NCBI GenBank assembly: GCA_000004985.1
Contig: GG738895.1
Reading direction: 5' to 3' (one strand)
From: Naegleria gruberi
Lineage: Eukaryota
DNA length: 64,000 nt
The notes under the pieces are model-generated. The model was not told where the DNA came from, made no database searches, and worked only from the letters and a program-made list of their open reading frames with translations. Position numbers and translations under genes: made by a program. Of this stretch, positions 20,795 to 32,300 are shown piece by piece. The number at the start of each line of letters is the position of its first letter. The first letter of the stretch is position 1.

Positions 20795-22225
20795 TTATTC
20801 CCAATTTTTAATTAAAATGTCAGAGCATGGAACAACCCCTGATGAATGTTGAGATTCCATTACAGAATACAAGTACATTTTGTGTAAATTAATCAATAAG
20901 AGTATCTGTTGTCGAGGAGATCCCATCAATACTCCAATGATATTACTTCCACAATGCACATCCAGAACATCATGACTGTCAATGTACTGAGATAGATCAG
21001 AATGGTCAGTCTTGATTTTTTCTAATATATTGTAAGGTACTGAAGGAGCATTACTCGTAGATCCAACTGCCATCAGTTGCTTCTTTCTATTATTACAAAT
21101 TACAACAGTTGTAAATCCTCCATATGGCTCAATGTCCCATCCATTTACTGTTTGTGAAGAATGATATTCTTTTTCTTTTACGTAATCTCCTAAGGGTGTA
21201 TTTCCAATATATCCATAAACATCCAATCGATTTGGAGTCACCTTACATGTTAAGTGACTCAATCGTAGAGCTTTGAGATTTAATATTTGCTCGTCTTTTA
21301 AATCCAGTTTCTCAAACTTGAACTTGCTAACGTGTGAGAATAATTGTCCATATTCATTCTCTCCAAAAATATAGTACGTTCCATCCACAGTCTTGACAAT
21401 CAAGTGGTCGTATCCAACTGAAAGTGATGATATCATTGGGTCTGATTCAATTGAAATCTTTTGAAAATCAATTCTGGATTCTCTCATTCTCCCTGTCAAA
21501 TATATTTCTCTATTGTCTTTTGAATAAATAAGAGAATTAGATGGTTCACAATGTTAATGCTTGCAAAAATATTCGAAACTTACTGAGTACAAGAATTGTG
21601 CAATTAGTTCCACAAACAGCATGAGTAATTTCAGATTTCTCTCCTATGAAATGGTGAGTTTTAACCTGAGATAGTCTCTTCTTTGCAGAGTTAGAATCAC
21701 CTATCAAAATTCCAATCTCACCACTATCAGAACTGACCTCATCTATTCAATAATTATTTTTCAAATATTCGAAACTAAAACCTTTGAAAAAACTCACCTG
21801 AAAATGCATAAACATTATTACTCTCCTTCACAACCATTATATGATAAAATCCAGCTATCAAAAACTATTCCAATACATAATAATTCAATTCCAAATTATT
21901 CCAAATTAGTCCACTTTAGTATATCCAAAAATTCTCCTCCTAAAAAACAAACCTTTATCCTCGAGCGATCTTGTTTAAATTCTTCACAACTCTCCAACTC
22001 TACAAATGTATTTTCCTTCTTCCTATCATCAATACAATAAACTTTTCCCTTCACCGTCGAAACTAGACACAAATAGCCTGAGCAAATCATGTGCTCGAAA
22101 GGATCATTAATTTCCTTCGGAGCAAATGGGCGAAATTTCTGCTCTGCAAATGAGACAAATATACGATTTTCCCAACAACATGGAGTTACTCCGTGAATTC
22201 GGTTTGGATATTGGTGTGTCATCAT
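20795..22225 (-). CDS. RCC1-like repeat protein, multi-exon (about 4 exons)
   Basis: Minus-strand segments contain RCC1/beta-propeller repeat signatures (IFGENEYGQLF; HAVCGTNCTILVL; VYGYIGNTPLGDY). Segments are linked by short GTGAGT/GTAAGT introns between 21500 and 21900. Exact junctions not fully resolved. Confidence 0.45.
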
Positions 22226-22399
22226 GATGTGTTTCCTCTTCCTATTAATTAATTTGTTGCGTTTTTAATTATTTACAATTAGATGATCAAAAAAAATTGA
22301 TGAAATTTTGCTGTTTGTTTTAATTTTTCTTATTTTTTTTTTCTATTTTTAAATGTAGAATGTTATTGTAAAGTTTGTTGATTTTGTTGAAATATTGCA

Positions 22400-22790
22400 T
22401 GGGACGCTATCTCCCAGAAATTTAGCCTTAACAAGATTCGTTTCCCTCCTGATATCTCAGAATCCTCTCAACTTAGGATAGAATTTGATGGTCGTTGCTC
22501 CCGTAATGACTGGCTTAACTGGTCTAAGCGCAAAAGAATACCTAAGAATGTGGCCCTAGAAGTCTAGAAAGCACTAGCTATTTATTTGGAAAATTGCTAC
22601 AAGAACTCAGTGTGGTACAACCGTCCCAATGCAAGCTTCACTATTAACAGGAAATACCTCTCTGCCTACCACAGGCAAGCTCAGTCTAACCAACCACTTA
22701 GCATCAACCCATAACACTTAAACGCTGAACCGAAACTTACTGGTTGTAGACCTCGTCTCTCAGGTCTTTACGATACAAGAGACGTTAATA
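22400..22790. ncRNA. Candidate non-coding RNA locus (ORF-free, GC-richer island)
   Basis: About 390 bp with no ORF in any frame and markedly higher GC than the flanking intergenic DNA. Contains a U1-like ACUUACUGG, a 7-bp perfect hairpin CGTCTCT...AGAGACG and a D-arm-like GCTTAACTGGTCTAAGCGC. Class and strand undetermined. Confidence 0.15.
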
Positions 22791-22891
22791 AATATTACAA
22801 TTTATATTTATTGAAATATTGATTGGATACTAATAGCACAAATGTCATCAACATCAAGGTTAGAGAATCCTCTCGCTTTCCATTAAAAAAA

Positions 22892-23386
22892 ATGAGTCAA
22901 CTTGCTATCAAAAAGATTGTCAAACCAATTGTCTTTTTCGATGGAGAATGCATTCTCTGCAATCGTGGAGTTCAGTTCATTATCAAACGAGATGCAACAT
23001 CTGCTTCCACTGCTAACAAGATTGAATTTTGTCGTGTGCAATCCATGACCGGAAAAAACTTGTTGGAAAAATATGGAAAAACTCAACAAGAAGTTTTGGA
23101 TCGTTTCGTAATTCTTGATACGAATGATAAGATTTATTCTGCTTCGACTGCTGCATTGCGTTTGGCTAAGTATCTTCCATTTCCATATCCGTTATTGTAT
23201 GGATTTATTATTGTTCCACCATTTATTCGAAATGCCATTTATGATTTTGTGGCTACGAATAGATATGGATGGTTTGGAAAGTATGAGACTTGTATGATGT
23301 ATAGGAAGGATTTGATGCAGAGGTTTGTGGATCAGGAAGAAATTGATCAATCTTCTAAGAATAAGGGAGCTCCAAGTTTCGAATAA
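22892..23386 (+). CDS. DUF393 / DCC-family thiol-disulfide oxidoreductase-like protein
   Basis: First in-frame ATG is at 22892 (the track start at 22823 is TTG). VFFDGECILCNRGVQFIIKRD matches the DUF393 FDG-x-C-x-L-C signature. Confidence 0.55.
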   Translation: MSQLAIKKIVKPIVFFDGECILCNRGVQFIIKRDATSASTANKIEFCRVQSMTGKNLLEKYGKTQQEVLDRFVILDTNDKIYSASTAALRLAKYLPFPYPLLYGFIIVPPFIRNAIYDFVATNRYGWFGKYETCMMYRKDLMQRFVDQEEIDQSSKNKGAPSFE

Positions 23387-23416
23387 CAAATATTGGAAAT
23401 GAGTATTCGAAAGGGT

Positions 23417-24178
23417 TTAGACTGTTGATTTTGGGAATAAATATTTGTGATTCTTCTTGATAAATCTTTGATAGGATATTAAGGTTGTGCAAATGGAGGC
23501 AGTGCTCAGAAGGAAAAAGAATAGTAAGTTAATGATAGGATTCGAATAGATCATTAGATTCTCTTGAGTTTGAATGTCCATTTCACTGCCCACAAATGGT
23601 GGTTTTACAAACGGAATATCCACATTCTCATAACTATTGTAATCATTCATCACTGTTTCGAATAAATTTTGATAGAATCGACTTTGAGAAAATTCGACAC
23701 AACTCTCACCCAACAAGACTAAACATGCAATAGTCAATCCAAACATGCAAGCCATCCAATGGAGAGCACCCATGACAATCGTATGGTTTCGTTCAAGAAA
23801 TTCTTTTTTTCTTGACTTGCAAGCCGAAATTCCCAAACATCCAACCAAAATAACAAACAAATCCAATCCAAACAATAAAATTATATTCGAAACTGCATTT
23901 CTTATAATGTAGCCACAAAATAACCAAGCTACTGTCAATCCTAAATGAACGGCTAACATGAAAACTCCCAAACTTATTAACAATACATTCGAATGAAACA
24001 TTCGTATTTTGGAGATTTTGTGATGAAGGTTCTCCTGATGAGAATCACCATTTTCTATCGCATTTTCAAATGCCCTCGAATTGGTAACAGACGAAGAGTC
24101 ATTATTCGAGTTCCCTTCGCTACTGATGTTACTGCCACTCGAACAACTTTCGTCTAAAGATCTTATAAGAATTGTCAT
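23417..24178 (-). CDS. Four-pass membrane protein (tetraspanin-like topology, no CCG motif)
   Basis: Four predicted TM helices with a large loop between TM3 and TM4. N-terminal Ser-rich region. Confidence 0.4.
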   Translation of the reverse strand: MTILIRSLDESCSSGSNISSEGNSNNDSSSVTNSRAFENAIENGDSHQENLHHKISKIRMFHSNVLLISLGVFMLAVHLGLTVAWLFCGYIIRNAVSNIILLFGLDLFVILVGCLGISACKSRKKEFLERNHTIVMGALHWMACMFGLTIACLVLLGESCVEFSQSRFYQNLFETVMNDYNSYENVDIPFVKPPFVGSEMDIQTQENLMIYSNPIINLLFFFLLSTASICTTLISYQRFIKKNHKYLFPKSTV

Positions 24179-24531
24179 GCTGTTTTTTTGTGTTTGTCCA
24201 ACAAACTATTGTAACTAGATAAGAGGCGAAAATCTACGATCAGTTCACGTAGAACTGTGCACACCACTAAATCTGGAAGGTAAGTGCCACATGGTTGAGT
24301 AGAAGCATTTTTATTGGAACTAACTTCCACTGAGATATTTGTATAGTTTACAATGGAAAGTGTGCTGTTAGGTAATTATGAATATCAATTTAAAAAAACA
24401 TCATTTAAATTGCCAAACAACTTGGTGAACGAAGTCGGATAAATGAATTAGAGGTGATTGTACTTTGATTTCACACATTGATAAATTGTCTCGCATATTT
24501 ATTCAAACCTAGAGTATCCCAAGTGGGATGT

Positions 24532-25281
24532 TTATTTGGATGGAGAAAAGAAAGGAAAGACAAATTGGTTCAGTCTTGCTTTCAGTTGGACCTTATCGAG
24601 AGAATCACATGCATTTTCATCCAACAGCATAGAAGAGAGAGGTACTGTATCTTCATTATGTGATGATGCTGGTTCAATTACTTGCATGGAAAGAGTTTTT
24701 TCCATCTTGTTGTGGGTACCAGTATTCGAAACATTGGATAATGATGGAGAAGAAGTTGGGTGTAATGCTTGGTGGATAATCTCAGCTAATTCATTGGCTA
24801 CACGCTCAATAATTGCATCAATGTCCATTAGTGGTATATCGAAGAGTGAGGACTTTCGTCTATCTTGCTGTAACGAAAGGGAAATGTTCAAATCATCACT
24901 TGGAGAGGATGTCAAACGGAAATCATTATTGCCATCACTATGTCTTCTATTGGTGGCTATGTGAGGTGATGTCGAATAAATGGAAGTATCTACTTCAAAA
25001 TAAACAATGGATGATGTCAAGAATTGAAAACTGCTCCATCCTAGCTCTACAATAATCTTTCCAAGTCCAATAACCAAGTGGAAGGTCATCACCAACAAAT
25101 CATATAATTGAGCGAACATTATCGATTCTAAACTATCTAACATTTCAATGCCGCCATATGAATAGTCCACTATCTGAGATGAAGCGCTCGATTTTCTACG
25201 TTCATTATGGTGATGTACTGAGTTAAACTCTTGACTAACTAGTGCTGAGAGAGAGATTGGACCTCTAATTGTTCCTGTCAT
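24532..25281 (-). CDS. Hypothetical Ser-rich protein
   Basis: 249-aa ORF with a central hydrophobic segment (LVMTFHLVIGLGKIIVELGW). No domain recognised. Confidence 0.35.
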   Translation of the reverse strand: MTGTIRGPISLSALVSQEFNSVHHHNERRKSSASSQIVDYSYGGIEMLDSLESIMFAQLYDLLVMTFHLVIGLGKIIVELGWSSFQFLTSSIVYFEVDTSIYSTSPHIATNRRHSDGNNDFRLTSSPSDDLNISLSLQQDRRKSSLFDIPLMDIDAIIERVANELAEIIHQALHPTSSPSLSNVSNTGTHNKMEKTLSMQVIEPASSHNEDTVPLSSMLLDENACDSLDKVQLKARLNQFVFPFFSPSK

Positions 25282-25610
25282 CTTTTGTATTGATACGCGC
25301 TCAGTAGTGAAAGGCTATGTTCTTGTTTTTTTTCTGTTTGTTTGTAGTGCGTATTGAGGGAATATTTGACCTGTTTGGCCATTGATGTAAAATCTCTGCA
25401 TTTGAGGAGGATGGAGGGGGACCAATTCGACTTTGTTTGTATTCTTGTAACCCCAAATAAAGCAAGAATAATTGCATCGAATATTCATACTATTAATAAC
25501 AATTTGCTGAAACTGATTCTCGTCATCCAAAATCATAATTACGGAAACTTTGTTTGTATCATATGCTAATTTCGACAAGAATAGCAATTAATAGGTACAA
25601 AAGCGGTAAT

Positions 25611-26900
25611 TTATAAAATTACACACTTCTTCTTGTTGGAAGTTGTATGTGGTTGTTCTTGTTGTTCTTGTTTGGAAGGAGAGCTACTTTTGACAGTACT
25701 CTTTCTTGAAACTTGTGATGATCCACCAGGTGAAGTTGGATCTGTTTGTTGTTGTTGATTATTGCTGCCAAAATTGAATAATAGAGAAGAACTCCTCCCT
25801 ACTGTTGTTGTTGGTGAGGAAACTTTTTCTAAGGATGTTTTCTTTGATACTTGTTCAGCAGAGGAGGATGAATCTGCTCCGAAAGTTGAAATGGTAGCAA
25901 ATTGACCATCAACTTCTCCCGATGGAGTTGTACTCGATAAAATCTTCTCCCCGAATGGATTCAAAGTAATTCCCTTATGTTGGAGAGTATAACGTGCAGC
26001 TCTCTGAAAAGCCACCTTTATATTTCTTCCCGATAAGGCTGAACATTCGAAATAATCAATTCCCTTAGGTGTAATGGTTGAGACATTTTTTTTTCGCGCC
26101 CATTCCTCTACTGTTGATTTTTCAACCTTTCTATTTAATTCGGGATTTTCTTCGGCCAAATCTACCTTATTGCCCTAAATTAAATATATTATAAATATTA
26201 TATTATTAACAATAGAATTGTTGTTGATCAAGTTGTGATTTCGATATTTGAAATCAAATATTATTATTTCATTCCAAAAAGAAAAATGCAAAAGAGAGTA
26301 ATTCGGATCAATTAAATTAAATAATATTAAATTATCAATTATTAACGTAATAACCTACCAATAGAACAATGGCTGGCCAATCATCAACATCTTTAACTCG
26401 TAATATTTGTTCGTAGAGTTCTTCTATATTTTCGTAGGACTTTTTATCATTGAGAGCAAAAACCAATAGGAAACCATCGGCTTGCTTCATCCAATTTTCC
26501 CTAAGGCTTGAAAATTCTTCCTATTATTATCATCAATATTTTGTTTTTAAATTAATATCATCAATCATCAGAGAATTACAAATAATATTAGAGTTTGTCA
26601 AGCTTGATAATACAAACCTGTCCGGCTGTGTCCAAGATGGAAAAACCACATGATTGACCATTTTCTAATTCGGTTACTTTATAATAACTATCATCATTGT
26701 TGTGGTGTATTAGAATTAAACAAGAAGATAACTACATACGAATCTTCAATGGTTGGGTCATAGTTTTCCGAGTAGCTATCAGATATGAATCTACATGTAA
26801 CACACGACTTTCCAACACCACCTATCCGAAACAATGATTATAATAACACTGTCTAGAGAATCAACATACCTGAACCAATAATTGCTAGTTTAACTTCCAT
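25611..26900 (-). CDS. Ras-family small GTPase, 5 exons, Ser/Thr-rich hypervariable region, C-terminal CaaX (CVIL)
   Basis: Exon 1 is [11 protein letters not shown] and exon 2 [11 protein letters not shown]...YDPT (G1). Later exons carry ...ILDTAGQ (G3), [25 protein letters not shown]...IVLLVG and NKVDL (G4)...ECSAL (G5), ending KKKCVIL*. Introns of 48-190 nt with GTATGT/GTTTGT/GTAGGT donors. Confidence 0.7.
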
Positions 26901-27262
26901 AGCGAACTGTTTATTGTTTCTTTTTTTCAGTGATTATGTAAAAGATGTTGACATGTATTATTGCCAAGTGATGTATTGGGAAGGATGAAGACAATTTAAG
27001 AAGAATTGTAACCTTTTTGGATTGATAGCAAGACCTTACATATTGAGGATGTTTCACATGCTAGCCATGGTAGCAATTGAAAACTCTGGACAACAAAACC
27101 AAGCCGTTCCAAATGTGATCAACTCTGTCTGTAAGGATTTGAAAATAAGAACAAAGTACGCTTCACCAAGTATCGACTGAAGAATACAATTAATCGAAAT
27201 TAAGGCATGATGTTTCTGCTCATTATTTCCTCTATGTTGAGCATCATTTAATTTAAAAAAAA

Positions 27263-28540
27263 ATGTTCTCATCTTTGGCTAGTAGACTGGTTTCTGCTGT
27301 AGGATCTCTTTTGGGTAAGAGAAATCCCGAAGAAGTACACGACCCATTGGAACCAGAAAAGAAAAAGAAAGCTTCTGGTCGATATGATACACATACAGAT
27401 CACAAAGACTTTATTACCATGATATGTGAAATGAGATTAGCTCTTGCAAAGAGTGTAAGAAAATTGATACGGGATGAACTTGAGGATTGGCATGATAAGA
27501 TTACTGTACTTGGAATCACAACAGATTCAAGAAATAGTTACCTTTACTCTATGCACTGTTCTATTGAGAAGAATTCTTCAAACAACAAATTTGCGATCAC
27601 AAACTATTTTCTTAATTACATTGGAGCCTTTTCTCATTTTGATGAAAAAGATAGAATTCGACTAATGTCGAAAATTATTGTTGCGTTGACAACTCCAATT
27701 TTTGGATCAGTTGAACAATATTTTCAAACTCATCAAAGTGCTTTAGATACCGCTAAACAATCAGTTGACTTCCCAACACACTTCTGCTTCACAAATCCAC
27801 AACCAAACAATGTAATTGTTACTTATAACAAAGAACGAGAGTATGTAGCAACAGGAAAAGTGATCAAAAGAGCCACAGTTTCAAATTCAACCTCCATTTA
27901 TGTGAAACGTAACAAAAGTGCAAATGAGAATGAGATTGCACGTACACTAATGTTTGCATCCCTTTATATCATAGCAGAAAAATCCAAATATTGTCTTTCC
28001 TTAGCTGGAACTCCACTATCTCATTTTTTTAATAGCAGAAATAATCTCCCTTCTAACTCTATACTCAACTTCACTCTAGACTTGCTTGCTCAATTGTACA
28101 TGCTAGAACAACAAAGTCACATTCACAATGATGTAAAACCAGAAAAGTTGTTTACTTAGTTTTTAGGATATAGAGCTCCAGAGAGAAAAGATAATGATCT
28201 TGTCTCCCCAAAAAGTGACATTTATTCCCTAGGTTTGGTAATTCTCGGAATACTTGGAGGTAACAGATATAAAAATTGGGAATCAAAAGACGAGAAGGAA
28301 ATCTTTAAGAAATGTGATGGATTCAAAGACTCTGCAGTACACAAGTTTATTAAGAGAATGTTATACACAGATACAGGGCAAAGAGGCTCTCCATTAAATT
28401 TAGTGGAATTATTGGCATCAGATATCGAGATTAAACCTAAATTGATTGAAACTTTGGATTATTTTAAGAAGAGGGATAGATTTTGGAATTTATTTGAGAT
28501 CAACGATATTGATGTTGCTCGTACTTTGTACTTTGAATGA
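27263..28540 (+). pseudogene. Protein kinase-like gene interrupted by an in-frame TAG (28157-28159); DFG segment absent
   Basis: The same frame reads ...HIHNDVKPEKLFT-TAG-FLGYRAPERKDNDLVSPKSDIYSLGLVILGILGG... It has a catalytic-loop-like HNDVKPEKL, an APE motif and DIYSLG (subdomain IX), but only 7 residues lie between the catalytic loop and APE. No GT..AG intron can remove the stop. Confidence 0.4.
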
Positions 28541-29340
28541 TTTCTCAACCAAAATTCCAAGAATATTTAGTAGTGAGGCAATTGAAATTGCTCTCAATTT
28601 TGTACTATGAGCCCAATTTGAGGAATGAGGATTAGTTTTTAGATGGTTGTTAAAACTGGAATTTTGCTCAACCTTAGTTATTGAAAGAGAAACATCTATG
28701 TAATCCAATCATTATTGAAGAAGATGAAAATAATACAAAAACAGATAATGAAGAAATTGAAGTAGAGAAGAAAACATCATATCATCAACGCTGACTATTC
28801 TCTCAATAATTCCTTCGTACATTTCTCCAAATGGTTTTGTTTTGAGGACATGCGTGGAAAATTCCGTAAATACCCACCAACAAGACAACACCAACCAATA
28901 CTAGCAATATTATTTCTCATGAAACATTCAAGAAACCATCAATTGGTAAAAAGTCAAAACGAAATCCTAGTTAAATGAGATCATTTCAATCTTGCGAAAA
29001 TGGGCCTACATTTTAACACGTTGGAAACGTAAGGGTCTTTTATAGTATATTGACTTGACCAATTTTGAAATAAGGCGCAATATTTTCGGTCCAACATGAC
29101 CACCAAAACCTAAACCAAGTCACAAATTATGAAGACACCAACTAGCTCCTCCTCACTGCTGCGCAACACCCAAAGAAAAGCAATTTCCTTAGAAGAGCCT
29201 TAATGATTTTTCTTAGGTAACAAGTTTCCCTAAGAAAAACCACACCGAATCAACAGCAATTGAAGTCAGTGATTTCTTCCCACGTTCATCTACTAGCTGA
29301 CAGTATTATTAATTGTATAGTATAACCAAAGTAGAAGAAA

Positions 29341-32300
29341 ATGTCTGCTGAGAATAATCCTCTGCCCAACAATGAGCAACACTATAAGGGAACTCCACAC
29401 AATAGCAATGCGAATAATAACATGTGGGGTTTGTTGGATAATCCACCACATGTCAATCTCTCGACACAACTCCTTCATGGCAGTGTGAATTTTAATAATA
29501 GCACTAATAATGTGACCACCAATACAATACAACAACAGGACAATTCTTCATCAATTATTAGTTCACCCACTTCAGCATCAGCAGCCAACAATTCAGTCTC
29601 AATTATGAGATTTGTCAAGGATAACATGTGGCAATTCTTCTCCGTGATTCAACACAGGTATGCTGTTAAGGGAAGGAAAATTTATATACTTTTCACATTA
29701 TTACACATTTACTATTCGTATGTGGTGATGATTTTACCAACATTGAGTTCACAAATTAATTCTCCTGCCTTCTCTGCAACAACTACCACGACAACTAATT
29801 CTAATAGTGGAACAATCAACAGAGACACAACACTTCACAATTATCCTTATGGTTTCTATGGGACTTGGCTGTTTAAAGCAATGAATTATCCTATAACATT
29901 ATCATTGGATTGGATTCCCTATGAGGCTGCTATTGCCGTTACAATTTTTGGTTTATCAGTTGCCTTAGTTCATATAACGATTCTATTTCTCACATTCAAG
30001 ACTAATTTCGGTCGATTACAAGAGAAACTCAAGAATATTTCCTTCATGTTGGCCATCTTTATTCTTTTCATTGGACCACCAACAGCATTTGTAATGACTT
30101 CCTTTATTGACTGCAATTATCAGCAATTAATTTTTTCAGTCATTGACAAGATGTACTCTGCCTCTCTGTGGAGATATCCCAATGTAATTTGTTCGAGTAG
30201 TATGAACGTGAGCATGATTGTTGTGTCCATCATTTCAATAGTCTTGTTTAGTTTTGGTTGGCTCTTTTCCTTATTCATTTTACCAATGGCCAATCCAAAG
30301 AGTCAAATTCCCTTCCTCATTTCCTACAAACTACCAATGTGTGTCATTTACACATCAACTGGATTCAGAATTCTGGTTCATTTCGCCATTCCATCTCAAT
30401 ACTCGTATGCCAGAGCCGCATTCCACATTGTGGCCTCGATTGGATTTATTCTCTTCTTTACAGATACAGTTCCACTGTATCGACGTGTGGAGAATAGTAT
30501 ATTCTTTTCAGTCTTGTGCACTTATTGTGCATTTGCTGTTGGTTTGTTAGTTTCATCAATTGTGAACTCGTCAACAGCTATCATGAATTATGATCTTCTA
30601 GGAATTGGATTAGGAGCTGGTTTGACAGTTGGTTTACCAATTGTTGTTTGGATACTTTCATTCACAGGTTTTGAAATTTACACACGAGTAGTATTTAAAA
30701 ACATCCAAAAGATTGTGAGAAGAAAATTGGAACATGATTCTCAACATGATAATTTTGAAACAGCTCAATCATCAATTTACATGATGTGCGAAGAGTATTC
30801 CATGAGAAATTTGAAATTCTATCTTCAATTCGTGAGTCAAATGCCAAAATCACAAGAAATGGTTCAAGCTTTGAGTTTTGTGAAATCTGAATCTCCACAA
30901 AAGTTTTTCACATCACCTTCCATTTTAATGATGGCAAGTGATCTTGTCGCTAGATGTTGGGGAGATGAAAATAGATTGAACTTTGCATTGTTCCTCCTTA
31001 AGAAGGCATTGAAACATAATGAAGGTCCTTGGCTTGCCATGCAAATTAAATTCAAATTGAGAGATGTTGAGAGTGAATTGTTTGAAAATGCAAATTATGG
31101 AAAATTTGGATATGCTGTGAAAAATGTTTTGATGGAAATTGAAAAGAAACAAGATCAAATCAAATCAATTCACAAACTATTTTGGAAGGAATTATTGAGT
31201 GATATTCCAAATAATGAAAAACTTGAAAGAATCAATGCAACAGCCACACATTTGACCCATTACTGTGAAGAACAATTTGAACACTTGTTGGCAAACTTTG
31301 CACACGACAAGACTGTATTGAGATATTATGCCAACTTTTTAGAAACTATCAAACAAGATAAGGAATCAGCAGTAACTTATTATGAAGAAGCGGCCTCCTT
31401 GGAAGAAGAAGATTCCAAGAATAAGTTTACCATGAAACGTTTCAGAAATAAGGTCATTCCAGAGTTGGCCGAGTCACAATCTTGGAATTTTATGAGAAGT
31501 TCCAGTAGAAAGGAGTTCAACAATGAAGATGTTGAGAAGGATTCGTTTGATGGAGTTGAGAAACAACTCGAAAAGAAACAAAATATTTATAGAAATTCAT
31601 TGAATACTCCATTCAAATCTCGTTCTAGATTGATTAGCTTTTGTGCGTTGAATATGATTGGATTGGGTTTGTTGTTTGTGGCGTTTGTCCTGTCATTGGT
31701 TTATGGAGATTATTTATCAAAGACTGATTTGGTAAAAGTGTCAAGTTTACCAATTTTAACACCTGGAGCATTGTTGAGAGATATTAGAATGAGACAAATT
31801 GTTTATGAATTATTCAATGTTGAAAATAAGACCTATCCCTCAAATGGTACTTCCGAATTTAGTTCACTTTCTTTCTTTTTATCAAACTATAAGGATAGAA
31901 TTAGACGTCAGAGAGAAATCTTATTGGACTTGAGTAGTAAATCAAGATCTGGGGAATTTACAAGCAAAATGTATGCTGACTTTATTAGGGAAGATAATGT
32001 AATTTCGATTCCTGTTGCAAGTGAAAGTGGAAAAGTAGAGTTCAAGTCAACCTTTCCAAAGAATACTTCAATTAGTGATGTAGTTCATGAACTTATTCAA
32101 CATTCCACTTATTTTAATTTGGCCTCTGATTCTGAATTTAACAAGACAACAACTTCTTATCCATTCATGTATATTTACCATAATAGGAGAACTGCACCTG
32201 ATGTGACCTTTGCATTTTTCAAGAATTTTCAAGAGAGCCAAAAGTTCGTCGTTGATTATGTGAATGAATTGTTGTGGAATTACATTTTAATTTCAGCACT

